Below, in pieces: positions 17,895 to 27,293 of a stretch of DNA of 64,000 bases. The notes under the pieces are model-generated. The model saw only the letters and a list, made by a program, of their open reading frames with translations. It made no database searches and had not been told where the DNA came from. Both the position numbers and the translations under genes were made by a program. Numbering within the stretch: the first letter of the stretch is position 1; each line of letters opens with the position of its first letter. This DNA comes from a bacterium (GTDB lineage: Bacteria; Desulfobacterota_D; UBA1144), in NCBI GenBank assembly GCA_002708105.2, contig PAOQ02000016.1, positions 2,272-66,271 of the forward strand, given 5' to 3'.

Positions 17895-18303
17895 CTTTCC
17901 TTCTCCTATAAATCAAAGAAACAGTTAAATAAAATATAAATAAAGCCAATAAATCTTGGATTAAATATATATACATATAAGTTAACCGATTTATGTCAAA
18001 AAATAACATTAAAATAATTAAATATGCAATAAAAACTATCAATGATGTTATAAACCCTTTAAAGAAAATCGGAGTCTTAATTTTGTAAAATAATAAGTGA
18101 TAAATAAAAGTGAAAATTAAACCTAATAAGTATAACGATATTTTCCAATTAACTTTATCACCGGTAAGAACAAGGTTTATACTTTCAACATAATAAACCA
18201 AATTTATACTTTCAAAGGGATAAAAATTACTATTATAATAAAAAACTACAAATATTATTCCAAGAAGTGTACTAAAGAAAAAAGAAATTTTTGAGGAAAG
18301 CAT
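17884..18303 (-). CDS. Hypothetical membrane protein (about 4 TM)
   Basis: Strongly hydrophobic 139-aa ORF overlapping the grx start by 11 nt. No family recognised. Confidence 0.5.
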   Translation of the reverse strand: MLSSKISFFFSTLLGIIFVVFYYNSNFYPFESINLVYYVESINLVLTGDKVNWKISLYLLGLIFTFIYHLLFYKIKTPIFFKGFITSLIVFIAYLIILMLFFDINRLTYMYIYLIQDLLALFIFYLTVSLIYRRRKVGD

Positions 18304-18340
18304 AGTTAAGTATACGGGAATTGTTTATATATAAGAAATT

Positions 18341-18379
18341 AGAAAAATGACCAGTCAAGATTACCTCTTCCTGGCCATT
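18341..18379 (-). terminator. Rho-independent terminator after the small ORF
   Basis: On the minus strand, AAUGGCCAG pairs with CUGGUCAUU (9 bp including one G-U) around a 16-nt loop. U-rich 'UUUUCUAAUUUCUU' follows. Confidence 0.55.
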
Positions 18380-18393
18380 TCTAATAATAAGTC

Positions 18394-18594
18394 TTATTGG
18401 TTAACAGCTCTTCTATGTCTTGATTGAGCTTCTGGTCTTCCAAAGTCTGTTCCTACTTTAGCGGCCCAGTTCTGAAAACCATTGACATGACCGGCATATC
18501 CAAGCGCTTTTTGAGGATCATGAGCTGAAACAGCTGTATCAATACTAACTCTTCTAGCCCAGTTTCTCATTGGTGAATTTTGTTGATCTGGCAT
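18394..18594 (-). CDS. Small hypothetical protein (66 aa) with an internal two-fold repeat
   Basis: SD GGAGGTG lies 5 nt before the ATG, with its own promoter upstream and terminator downstream. The composition (W/R/A/G/Q-rich) is atypical for this window. Confidence 0.6.
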   Translation of the reverse strand: MPDQQNSPMRNWARRVSIDTAVSAHDPQKALGYAGHVNGFQNWAAKVGTDFGRPEAQSRHRRAVNQ

Positions 18595-18620
18595 CTTGCA
18601 CCTCCATTATTGATATATTA

Positions 18621-18649
18621 ATTGTAGCAAAACAAAATTTTAAATTCAA
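18621..18649 (-). promoter_or_regulatory. Sigma-70 promoter with extended -10 (TTGAAT - 17 nt - TGcTACAAT) for the 66-aa ORF
   Basis: Read on the minus strand: TTGAAT (18649-18644), a 17-nt spacer ending in TGc, then TACAAT (18626-18621). This sits about 27 nt upstream of the ATG. Confidence 0.5.
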
Positions 18650-18743
18650 CATCTTAATATTTAATATCTTTTAAATCTTAAATTAATTACAAAATCCCTA
18701 ATTTTCCTTATCAAAATCATAGGTTGTGTATATAATAAATTAA

Positions 18744-19991
18744 ATGTTGAATGTAATTGATAATAATCTTTATATCGAAGATGTAAGTTTCGAGTCAATA
18801 GCTGAGGAGTTTGGAACACCTTGTTATGTTTATAGCAAGACCAGCCTAGTTAATGAATTCACAGATTATAAAGTTGCTTTTAAGGATTATCCTGACACAA
18901 ATATATGTTATTCGGTAAAAGCAAATTCAAATTTATCTATCTTAAATATTTTTAATTCCCTTGGGTCAGGTTTTGATATAGTTTCTGAGGGAGAATTAGA
19001 CAGAGTAAAGAAAATTGGTGCTGATCCAAATAAAATAGTATTTTCAGGAGTTGCTAAGTCTGCTTTGGAAATTAGAAAAGCCCTAGAGTTTGGTATATGT
19101 TTTTTTAATGTTGAGTCACTTGATGAATTAGAGGAAATTAATAAAATTGCTGGAGAAATGGGTGTTATTGCAAGGATTTCGATAAGAGTTAACCCTGATA
19201 TTGATCCAAAGACCCATCCCTACATATCTACTGGGCTAAAAACTAGTAAATTTGGAATAGCAATAGAGGATTCTTATCAAGCCTATCAAAAAGCAGCAAA
19301 AATGAAAAATATTGACGTTGTCGGTATTGATTCTCATATTGGATCTCAGATTTTTGAACTTCAGTCGTTTGAGGACTCTCTTGTAAGATTAGAGGAACTT
19401 TATAATAAATTAATAAAACTTGATTTAAATATTAGATACATTGATATTGGAGGTGGGTTAGGAATTAAATATAAAGACGAGGAAATGCCGCCCACTAAAA
19501 TTGATTTTGCAAATAAAATAATGAAAATTATGAAAAAAATTAATTGCAACCTAGTTCTCGAACCAGGAAGATCTTTGGTTGGGAACTCTGGCTTTCTAGT
19601 CACAAAAGTTTTATACAATAAGAGAAGCAATGAAAAAAACTTTCTAATAGTTGATGCAGGAATGAATGACATTCTGAGACCATCTCTTTATGGCGCTTAT
19701 CATAAAGTTACCAAATCTGTTCAATCATCAGATAATGAAGATTTTTATGATGTTGTTGGTCCAATCTGCGAGACAGGAGATGTCATTTCTTATGATACCC
19801 CTTTAAATGATGTAAAACTTGGAGATAATCTTATAATTCATTCTGCAGGAGCGTATGGTTCCGTTATGTCCTCAAATTATAATTCAAGGCCAAAGGTTCC
19901 TGAGATTTTAGTCTCCGGAAAAGACTCCTATCTAATTAGAAAGAAAGAGACAATCGATCAGATTCTTCAGAATGAGGTTGTTGTAAAATGA
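18744..19991 (+). CDS. lysA: Diaminopimelate decarboxylase
   Basis: 'YSVKANSNLSIL' (PLP lysine), 'SEGELDRV', 'DIGGGLGI', 'EPGRSLVGN', 'VVGPICETGD', 'GAYGSVMSSNYNSRP'. Confidence 0.92.
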   Translation: MLNVIDNNLYIEDVSFESIAEEFGTPCYVYSKTSLVNEFTDYKVAFKDYPDTNICYSVKANSNLSILNIFNSLGSGFDIVSEGELDRVKKIGADPNKIVFSGVAKSALEIRKALEFGICFFNVESLDELEEINKIAGEMGVIARISIRVNPDIDPKTHPYISTGLKTSKFGIAIEDSYQAYQKAAKMKNIDVVGIDSHIGSQIFELQSFEDSLVRLEELYNKLIKLDLNIRYIDIGGGLGIKYKDEEMPPTKIDFANKIMKIMKKINCNLVLEPGRSLVGNSGFLVTKVLYNKRSNEKNFLIVDAGMNDILRPSLYGAYHKVTKSVQSSDNEDFYDVVGPICETGDVISYDTPLNDVKLGDNLIIHSAGAYGSVMSSNYNSRPKVPEILVSGKDSYLIRKKETIDQILQNEVVVK

Positions 19992-20611
19992 ATGAACCTT
20001 TTGTTGTAGCAATAATTTCAAAAGGCGGGTTCTTTGTATATCCAATTTTAATTTGTTCTATTGTTGCCTTGGCAATTTTACTAAAAAAATTTTTCTTAAC
20101 TAGAGAAAAGAATGTAATTCCTGAATTCTTCTTAAATGAATTCAATAACTATATAAGTAATGGAGAAATCTCGAAAGCCATTGAGTTATGTAATAAAAAT
20201 TCATCTGTATTTTCTAAAATAGCATTAGCAATATTATCCTATGCAGGAAAATCTAGAAAAGAAATTGAAAAAATAGCTGAGGATGAAGGTTCAAAGCAGG
20301 TATTTTTGCTTTCGCGGTCCAATGAGATGCTTGGCTCATTAAGTAATATAAGCACACTGTTAGGCCTTCTTGGAACAATTTCCGGGATGATTACAGTTTT
20401 TCAGGTTATATCTACGCAAACTGTAGTAGACCCACCTAGTTTAGCAGGTGGAATATCTGAAGCTCTTTATACTACAGCATTTGGTCTAATCGTAGCGATT
20501 CCCACTTTTATTGGATATAAGTTTATTAACAATAAAGTAAGTGAAATTTCAAATAAGTTACAAGAAGAGTCTGGGAAATTAATTATTGAGCTAGAAAAGC
20601 ATTGGAATTAA
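19988..20611 (+). CDS. exbB: MotA/TolQ/ExbB proton-channel family protein
   Basis: Three TM segments. 'LGLLGTISGMITVF', 'GGISEALYTTAFGLIVAIP'. The start overlaps the lysA stop (ATGA). An ExbB versus TolQ role is not resolvable here. Confidence 0.8.
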   Translation: MNEPFVVAIISKGGFFVYPILICSIVALAILLKKFFLTREKNVIPEFFLNEFNNYISNGEISKAIELCNKNSSVFSKIALAILSYAGKSRKEIEKIAEDEGSKQVFLLSRSNEMLGSLSNISTLLGLLGTISGMITVFQVISTQTVVDPPSLAGGISEALYTTAFGLIVAIPTFIGYKFINNKVSEISNKLQEESGKLIIELEKHWN

Positions 20612-20612
20612 A

Positions 20613-21011
20613 ATGAATTTTAATAAAAGACTTAATAGTGAAGAATCTTTATTGGACTTAACCCCCATAGTTGATGTGGTTTTTAATTTACTTATATTTT
20701 TTGCATTATCTTTAAATTTTTCCCAAATTACTTCAAGTATTAATATTAAACTTCCAAAAGCAAAGAGTTCAGAAGTTGTTACTGAAAAACAAATTGTAGT
20801 CAGCATTGAGAAGGGAAATAAAATATATATTAATGAGAATAATTTATATATTGATCAGGTTGCAACCTACCTTTCTGATATAAATAAAGATAAAGTCGTA
20901 GTTGTTAAGGCTGATGAGTCAATCGACCATGGATTTGTGGTTCAAATTATGGATCTAATAAAAAGATCAGGATTTAAGAAACTAGGAATTGCAGTTAAAA
21001 AGAAAGACTAA
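20613..21011 (+). CDS. exbD: ExbD/TolR biopolymer transport protein
   Basis: 'LDLTPIVDVVFNLLIFF', then 'VVVKADESIDHGFVVQIMDLIKRSG'. It starts 2 nt after exbB. Confidence 0.8.
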   Translation: MNFNKRLNSEESLLDLTPIVDVVFNLLIFFALSLNFSQITSSINIKLPKAKSSEVVTEKQIVVSIEKGNKIYINENNLYIDQVATYLSDINKDKVVVVKADESIDHGFVVQIMDLIKRSGFKKLGIAVKKKD

Positions 21012-21045
21012 GTTTCAACAAAAATAAATATAAGGACAAAGTCTC

Positions 21046-21957
21046 TTGAAGAAAGATGTGACTAATAAAAAATCAGATTTACTGTTTGGGTATTTCTTAG
21101 TAATGGGAACAGCTTTTTTTACTGCTTTTTCATATATCTTTGGTAAAAAGGTTTCTGAAAGCTTATATCCAGAAACTGTGGCATTTTATTGGTTTTTTGG
21201 TGCTTTTTTATTTGCATTAATTAAAAGAATGATTTTTGGTATTTTTGGAACTACTTTTCGTGTTCCCCTGAAGGATCTTCATAAATATAAAGATGTAATG
21301 ATTGTTTCATCAATAATTACAGTCTTTGGCGTAGCCTTCTGGGTTATTGCCTTGCGTGCCGCAGGCCCACCCGTCACTTCTTTTCTGATGAAATTCCAAG
21401 TTGTTTTTTCTGTAGTTTTAGGTGCCTTATTTTTAAATGAAAGACTTAGAAGTTTAGAGATTTTTGGAATTATTCTTACTATAATTGGTGGTTTAATTAT
21501 TACTTATGATACTTCAATCTTTGAATTAAAAGGCTCTTTTTATGCAATCTTAGCTGCCTTTTGTTATTCTTGCCTTTTTATTATCGTCCGAAAAAAAGGT
21601 ACTAATTTAAACATGATGATGGTAGCAACCTTGAGATCATTGGGGGTTTCTATTGTTGGAATTTTATATTTATGTCTGAGTGGGAAGTTTCAATTTCCAT
21701 CAAATATTGATTTAATTAATATGCTAATTGGAGGTACTTGTGGTGCATATATTGGAAAAGCTTTACAATTTCAGGCAATAAAGTTGGTTGATGTCTCAAG
21801 AACAACGGCAGTTACACCATTAGAGGCGGTTTTTGTTGTTTTGTTAACTTTTTTATTCTTTGATACTGTCCCAAGTTCAATCAAGCTTTTTGGTGGAGGA
21901 TTAATATTGACTGGTGTTATATTCTTATTAATTTTTAGGAAGGACAATTTAAATTAA
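21046..21957 (+). CDS. EamA/DMT-superfamily permease
   Basis: About 10 TM segments in two EamA-like halves. TTG start in the track. Confidence 0.7.
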   Translation: MKKDVTNKKSDLLFGYFLVMGTAFFTAFSYIFGKKVSESLYPETVAFYWFFGAFLFALIKRMIFGIFGTTFRVPLKDLHKYKDVMIVSSIITVFGVAFWVIALRAAGPPVTSFLMKFQVVFSVVLGALFLNERLRSLEIFGIILTIIGGLIITYDTSIFELKGSFYAILAAFCYSCLFIIVRKKGTNLNMMMVATLRSLGVSIVGILYLCLSGKFQFPSNIDLINMLIGGTCGAYIGKALQFQAIKLVDVSRTTAVTPLEAVFVVLLTFLFFDTVPSSIKLFGGGLILTGVIFLLIFRKDNLN

Positions 21958-23072
21958 ATAAAGTTTGTAGTTAATTTTTTTTTCTTTTTATGTCTAATCT
22001 CACACTCTTGAATTAGGTTATCGATAATTTTTTCCAATTTAACCCCATTAAGGCTCAACAGTTTTGGATACATGCTAATTTCAGTGAACCCTGGAATAGT
22101 ATTGACTTCACTTAGATATAACCTTGGCTTTTTATTTTGTTTAGTGAATCCATATAGAAAATCAATCCTAGCAATACCCGAACAATTCAGAGTTTTAAAA
22201 ACTTTTAATGATGTTGTTTTTATCTCTTTCATTAGCGTTGGATTTTTAATTGCTCTTTTGTATGGTATTTCCATTAATGACTTTCCATCAATATATTTTG
22301 CATTATAGCTATAAAATTCATCAGAAGGGATAACCCTCCCAGGATCAGAAACAACGATTTTTTTATTTTCAAGGATACTTATTTCAATCTCCTCAGGACT
22401 CAGTACAGCCTCTTCAACAATTACCTTTCCTGTGAATTTGAATGCATTAATTATTTTTCTTTCTAGTTCTTTTTTATTTTTGACCATATAGACTCCGACA
22501 CTAGAGCCAAGATTTGATGCTTTAACAAAGCAAGGAAAACTAATTTTATCTCTAATCTCTTTAGTTATTTTAATTTTATCTTTTTTCCATTCATCTTTTG
22601 TAAAAAAACAAAAATCAGTAACTCGTATTGATTGATTTGATACAATTTGTTTGGTTAAAATTTTGTCCATACATATTGCAGAGCTTTCAACGTTACAACC
22701 AACATAAGGCTTGTCTAAAATTTCTAACAATCCTTGTATTGTTCCATCTTCTCCACCTGTACCATGAACCATAGGAAAAAATATGTCTATTTTATTTTTT
22801 GAATAAATTTTATCTTTTCTCATAATTAGCATGTTTTTTGTATTGTTGTTTGCAAGTAGTACTTTATTTTGTTTTTCTAATTTGAATTTAAATCTTGATG
22901 ATGTATTTATTGTGGGCTTGGCTTCATAAAATTGTCCATTTTTATCAATAAAAATTCCATAAATATCGAATTTTCTGGGATTTATATTATTTAAAATACT
23001 GTTTGCAGATATAATCGATATTTCATGTTCAACTGATTTGCCACCAAAAATAATACATACATTTTTTCTCAT
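21954..23072 (-). CDS. ddl: D-alanine--D-alanine ligase
   Basis: 'IIFGGKSVEHEISIISA', 'FPMVHGTGGEDGTIQGLLE', 'PCFVKASNLGSSVGV', 'YLSEVNTIPGFT'. Confidence 0.9.
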   Translation of the reverse strand: MRKNVCIIFGGKSVEHEISIISANSILNNINPRKFDIYGIFIDKNGQFYEAKPTINTSSRFKFKLEKQNKVLLANNNTKNMLIMRKDKIYSKNKIDIFFPMVHGTGGEDGTIQGLLEILDKPYVGCNVESSAICMDKILTKQIVSNQSIRVTDFCFFTKDEWKKDKIKITKEIRDKISFPCFVKASNLGSSVGVYMVKNKKELERKIINAFKFTGKVIVEEAVLSPEEIEISILENKKIVVSDPGRVIPSDEFYSYNAKYIDGKSLMEIPYKRAIKNPTLMKEIKTTSLKVFKTLNCSGIARIDFLYGFTKQNKKPRLYLSEVNTIPGFTEISMYPKLLSLNGVKLEKIIDNLIQECEIRHKKKKKLTTNFI

Positions 23073-23124
23073 TAAGTGAATAATACTCTCAAATTAATTA
23101 AAAGTTTATTATTTCTTTATATTT

Positions 23125-23133
23125 TGGTACAAT
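23125..23133 (+). promoter_or_regulatory. Candidate extended -10 promoter element (TGgTACAAT) upstream of the thiolase gene
   Basis: TGGTACAAT lies about 59 nt upstream of the ATG at 23192. The -35 region is weak (TTTATT). AT-rich background makes chance matches likely. Confidence 0.3.
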
Positions 23134-23191
23134 ATCTAAATTAAATTTTATAATTTCTAACTAAAAAGTTAAGACAAAGGGGGAAGAAACA

Positions 23192-24373
23192 ATGTCTACA
23201 AAGGTCGTATTAAGTGAGCCATTAAGAACCGCTATTGGAACTTTTGGAGGAACTCTCCAAGATACTTCAGCTGTTGAGCTTGGTGTCACTGTAGTAAAAG
23301 AAATTTTAAGCAGAACCGGTATAGATCCAACGAATATTGATGAAGTTGTTACTGGTAATATTTTAGGAGCAGGACAAGGTCAAAATCCATCTAGACAAGT
23401 TGCGTTGGGTGCGGGCTTAGATCATGATACACCTGCATATAGTCTAAATAGAGTGTGCGCGTCTGGAGTTCAGTCAATTGCAAACGCAGCTCAAGCAATT
23501 AAATCAGGAGATGCTGGTGTTGTTCTAGCAGGGGGAATTGAAAATATGAACCTTGCTCCATTCATTATGCCAAAAGCGCGATATGGTTATAGAATGGCGC
23601 TAGAAGCTCAAGACACTGTTCTTGATGGAATGGTCTATGATGGATTATGGGATATCTTTAATAATTATCATATGGGTATGACAGCGGAAAATCTTGCTGA
23701 GAAATATAATATTTCTCGTGAAGAGCAAGATAAGTTCGCGATTGAAAGTCAAGGTAAAGCTAAAAAAGCTCAAAGAGCAGGAACATTTAAAAAAGAAATT
23801 GTACCAGTTCAACTGAAAAAGGGTGTATTTGATATTGATGAACATCCAAGAGAAGTTTCAATGGCTGCGTTAAGCCGACTTAAGCCTGTGTTTACTCCAG
23901 AAGGTTCAGTAACAGCTGGAAATGCTTCTGGTATTAATGATGGTGCAGCATATATGGTTGTATCGTCTGAAGAAAAAGCTCAAGAGCTTGGGTTAGATCC
24001 TGTAGGCGAAGTAATTTCATTTGCCGTAGCTGGAGTTGAACCCTCAATTATGGGAATTGGTCCAGTACCTGCAATGAATAAGGCATTAGCTAAAGCAGGC
24101 TTAACAATAGATGACATTGATTTAGTGGAATTAAATGAAGCTTTTGCAGTTCAATCATTAGCTGTTTTAAGTGATTTTCCTATCCCTGCAGAAAAATTAA
24201 ATGTAAATGGTGGAGCTGTGGCTCTTGGTCACCCAATTGGTGCTTCAGGAACTATTTTGGTAGTTAAACTCCTTCATGAAATGCAAAGAAGAAAAGTCAA
24301 AAGAGGCTTAGTTTCACTTTGCGTAGGTGGGGGAATGGGAATTGCTATGGTTATAGAAAATCCTAAGGTTTAA
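23192..24373 (+). CDS. Acetyl-CoA C-acetyltransferase (thiolase II)
   Basis: 'NRVCASGVQS' (active Cys), 'NASGINDGAA', 'NVNGGAVALGHPIGASG', 'CVGGGMGIAM'. SD GGGGGAAG. Confidence 0.93.
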   Translation: MSTKVVLSEPLRTAIGTFGGTLQDTSAVELGVTVVKEILSRTGIDPTNIDEVVTGNILGAGQGQNPSRQVALGAGLDHDTPAYSLNRVCASGVQSIANAAQAIKSGDAGVVLAGGIENMNLAPFIMPKARYGYRMALEAQDTVLDGMVYDGLWDIFNNYHMGMTAENLAEKYNISREEQDKFAIESQGKAKKAQRAGTFKKEIVPVQLKKGVFDIDEHPREVSMAALSRLKPVFTPEGSVTAGNASGINDGAAYMVVSSEEKAQELGLDPVGEVISFAVAGVEPSIMGIGPVPAMNKALAKAGLTIDDIDLVELNEAFAVQSLAVLSDFPIPAEKLNVNGGAVALGHPIGASGTILVVKLLHEMQRRKVKRGLVSLCVGGGMGIAMVIENPKV

Positions 24374-24384
24374 GGATTCATTTA

Positions 24385-24603
24385 ATGGCATTTGAAAAAA
24401 ATAACCAATCTAAGGATTTGTTCAGTTCTCAGGTAGATATCCAGACCAAAAGATTCTTTTTTGATTTAAAAGAGAATCACAAGGGTAGATACTTGAGAAT
24501 AACTGAACAAAGCGGTGGAAGATCAAGTATTGTTGTCCCGGTTGAAGGACTCGATGAATTTGAGAATCAAATTAAAATTGCTATAAGTAAATCACAAGAT
24601 TGA
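24385..24603 (+). CDS. PUR-alpha-like single-repeat nucleic-acid-binding protein (DUF3276 type)
   Basis: 'VDIQTKRFFFDLKENHKGRYLRITE' closely parallels the eukaryotic Pur-alpha repeat '[25 protein letters not shown]', quoted from memory. Confidence 0.8.
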   Translation: MAFEKNNQSKDLFSSQVDIQTKRFFFDLKENHKGRYLRITEQSGGRSSIVVPVEGLDEFENQIKIAISKSQD

Positions 24604-24612
24604 ACTGACGTC

Positions 24613-24753
24613 TTATTTCTTAATGATTCTTTTATGAGAGCATTTTTTTGAGCAATAACGCACATTTTCCCAATTTAATCTCCATTTTTTCCTCCATGTA
24701 AATTTCTTACTACAAGCTGGACAGGTCTTTGATGGAAGAGTTTCCTTGCTCAT
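24613..24753 (-). CDS. Small Cys4 protein, DUF2256-like (46 aa); not in the supplied ORF track
   Basis: Translation: [46 protein letters not shown]. Pattern CxxC..F.WRKKW..W..V.YCS..C. Its ATG overlaps the TGA of the upstream photolyase-related gene (ATGA at 24750-24753). Confidence 0.7.
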   Translation of the reverse strand: MSKETLPSKTCPACSKKFTWRKKWRLNWENVRYCSKKCSHKRIIKK

Positions 24754-26243
24754 TTTAACGTATTCTTTTTTATAAATTTTTCTGCTGAACTAAAAATTCT
24801 TTCTTTTTTGTTTTTATCCATTGAGTCAAGTATTCTGACCATCATATTTAATCTAGGATTGCTTTTAAAAAAAATCCTATTATTTTTTATAAACCTCCAG
24901 TATAGACCGTCCATTGTATCGCACCAATCACCCTTTCTAAAATCTGTCATCTTTAAAATATAGTTTGACCCACAGATATATGGTTTAGTTGAGAAAATAC
25001 CTCCATCGCTAAAGAGCCCCATTCCGTATACGTTTGGATACATAACCCATTCAGATGAATCTGTGAACATTTCCATAAACCATTTATATACAATCTTTGG
25101 TTTAATTTCGCATAAGTTCATTATATTAGCCAGAATCATTAATCTTTCTATGTGATGAGACCAGCCGTATTTGCTAGCATTTTTTATTGCATAATCCAAT
25201 GGGTCAATACCGGTTGTCCCTTCATACCACGATTTTTTCATTTTTCTTGAATGCTGGAAGTAATTACCTTTTTCTAGCTTTTCAGAGTAATTTTGATAAA
25301 TTCCCCTCATAAACTCTCTCCAACCTATTATTTGTCGAATGAATCCTTCGAGAGAATTTAGATTTATATTGTTCTTTTTATGAAAATTGAGAACCCTTTT
25401 TATTATGTATTCTGGTGTTATTAAGCCAATATTAATATATGAACTTAAGGTGCTATGAAATAGTATATTATCTCTAGTATCAACTGCATCCTCATAATCA
25501 CCAAAAAGATTAATTTTACTTTTTAGGAAAAAATCTAATATTTTAACGACATCTTTGCGTTCTGTTGCAAGGCAGAAATCTTTAGTGCTTCCAGGATGGT
25601 CTTTAAATTCTTTCTCTACAAATGATTCTAGTTCAATAGTATGATTAGTCCTTTTTATGTTGGGAAATTTTGGAATACTAATTTTTTTTGGAAGTTTTTT
25701 CCTGTTCTCATCATCGAAGCTCCATTTACCGCCAAGAGGAAGATTATCCTTATCTACAAGAATATTCATTTCCTTCCTTGTTTGCTTATAGAAGTTGAAC
25801 ATTAAAGGTTTTTTTGTTGTTGAAATATAATTTTGAAATTTAATTCGTGAGTTTAAAAACATTGGGGTTTGCAATATATTCCAGTAAATTTTTTCTTTTC
25901 TAAACAGTTTTTCAATCTTTTTTTCAAACATTTTATCTTCTATTTCAAAGCTTGTAACCTTCGAAATTTTATTTTTCTTAATTATTGAAATTAATTTCTC
26001 TGTGTATGGAACCTTGAATTGTTGGTCTTCAATTGGTAAATATTTTGTTTTAAAATTTTTTTCTTTTAAATTATCATGAAAGGATCTCATAGATGATAAA
26101 TAAAATAAAATCTTATTCTTATGATGTTTTTCATACGTACATAGTTCAAAGTCTTCTGACATAAAGAAAAGGTGGTCTTTTTTATAATCTTCAAAATAAC
26201 TTAAAGGGAAAAGTTGGTTCCCAAGTACTAAAAAAAGGTTCAT
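24750..26243 (-). CDS. Cryptochrome/photolyase-family protein ('deoxyribodipyrimidine photolyase-related protein', COG3046 type)
   Basis: About 500 aa. '[10 protein letters not shown]', '[16 protein letters not shown]', '[19 protein letters not shown]', '[13 protein letters not shown]'. Confidence 0.8.
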   Translation of the reverse strand: MNLFLVLGNQLFPLSYFEDYKKDHLFFMSEDFELCTYEKHHKNKILFYLSSMRSFHDNLKEKNFKTKYLPIEDQQFKVPYTEKLISIIKKNKISKVTSFEIEDKMFEKKIEKLFRKEKIYWNILQTPMFLNSRIKFQNYISTTKKPLMFNFYKQTRKEMNILVDKDNLPLGGKWSFDDENRKKLPKKISIPKFPNIKRTNHTIELESFVEKEFKDHPGSTKDFCLATERKDVVKILDFFLKSKINLFGDYEDAVDTRDNILFHSTLSSYINIGLITPEYIIKRVLNFHKKNNINLNSLEGFIRQIIGWREFMRGIYQNYSEKLEKGNYFQHSRKMKKSWYEGTTGIDPLDYAIKNASKYGWSHHIERLMILANIMNLCEIKPKIVYKWFMEMFTDSSEWVMYPNVYGMGLFSDGGIFSTKPYICGSNYILKMTDFRKGDWCDTMDGLYWRFIKNNRIFFKSNPRLNMMVRILDSMDKNKKERIFSSAEKFIKKNTLK

Positions 26244-26294
26244 AGTACAAATATAACTAAAAATATTTATTAATATTTTATTAGGGTGACAGGC

Positions 26295-27197
26295 TTAGGT
26301 TTTTAGCAATCTTTCATTTTGATTTTTATAACTGTTATTAGTTATTTCTGAAGCTATTTCTTCAACCGTTATTTTGTTTCCTTTAAAGTTTTCTTCTGTA
26401 TCAATATACGCTAGAGCATAAGTTTTTTTATCTTCTTTAAAATAGAAATAATTGCATAATTCTCCAATTAATTTATTTTCGTAATTAAAAACTTGAGAAT
26501 TCTTGGTAATCAACTGCGGAATCATCAGGCACGCCAAGTTTCTCTTAACTTTTCCTCTATAATGTATTCTCGCAATGGTTTCTTGACCAATATAACATCC
26601 CTTGGTGAAGGAGATTGAAGACCACATATTGGCTTCTATAGGTATAGTCTTTGATGTCAGTTCGGAGCCTCTAGTTGGTATCCCCATAAGCAGCCGCCAT
26701 AAGTCATAACTATTCTGATCTGTTGATTCAAAGTTTTTCATATTGTTATCCTTTAGAGGTTCCAAAAATACTTTAAAATTTTCTTCTAAGATTTGTGCAG
26801 ACTTGAATTCTAATATTTCAAAATCATTTTTAATATCCCCACCCTTAAAAACTTTAAATGAGTCATTTAAATCGATTATGTCTATTTTGTAAGACATTCT
26901 ATATTTTTTTAAATATTCTAAAAGATCAATCCTTTGATCAGTATCATGCAATATATAGAGTTCATCACCATTGTTAGCGTATATTTCAATATCATACAAA
27001 ATTCGTCCTTTTATTGTTAATATTAATGTATTTGTTGAAAAATTAGCTTCAGTATACTTTATTTCATTGCTAGATATGCCATTTAAAAATTTAAAGGATT
27101 CTTTACCTCTAAGGTGTAAGACACCTTTTTTATTATAGTGAAATAGAAAATGATTACTCGAAAATATTTGCAATATACTATCGATAGATTCTTTCAT
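26295..27197 (-). CDS. ygfZ: YgfZ/GcvT-like folate-binding protein
   Basis: 'SFTKGCYIGQETIARIHYRGKVKR' contains the KGCYxGQE signature of YgfZ. Confidence 0.75.
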   Translation of the reverse strand: MKESIDSILQIFSSNHFLFHYNKKGVLHLRGKESFKFLNGISSNEIKYTEANFSTNTLILTIKGRILYDIEIYANNGDELYILHDTDQRIDLLEYLKKYRMSYKIDIIDLNDSFKVFKGGDIKNDFEILEFKSAQILEENFKVFLEPLKDNNMKNFESTDQNSYDLWRLLMGIPTRGSELTSKTIPIEANMWSSISFTKGCYIGQETIARIHYRGKVKRNLACLMIPQLITKNSQVFNYENKLIGELCNYFYFKEDKKTYALAYIDTEENFKGNKITVEEIASEITNNSYKNQNERLLKT

Positions 27198-27293
27198 AAT
27201 ATTTTTAATTAAAAAATTCCTCTTTTACCCTTAATCGTATAAAATACATATTATTAATTTACTTACTATTTTTTGTTTTTTATAGGGTTTTAT

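Noticed and set aside
18176-18215. 13-nt direct repeat TTTATACTTTCAA, present twice 27 nt apart inside the 17884-18303 membrane-protein gene; it gives 'ESINLV' twice.
   Set aside because: It is a short in-frame duplication within a coding region. It does not belong to any array, and no similar copies occur elsewhere in the window.
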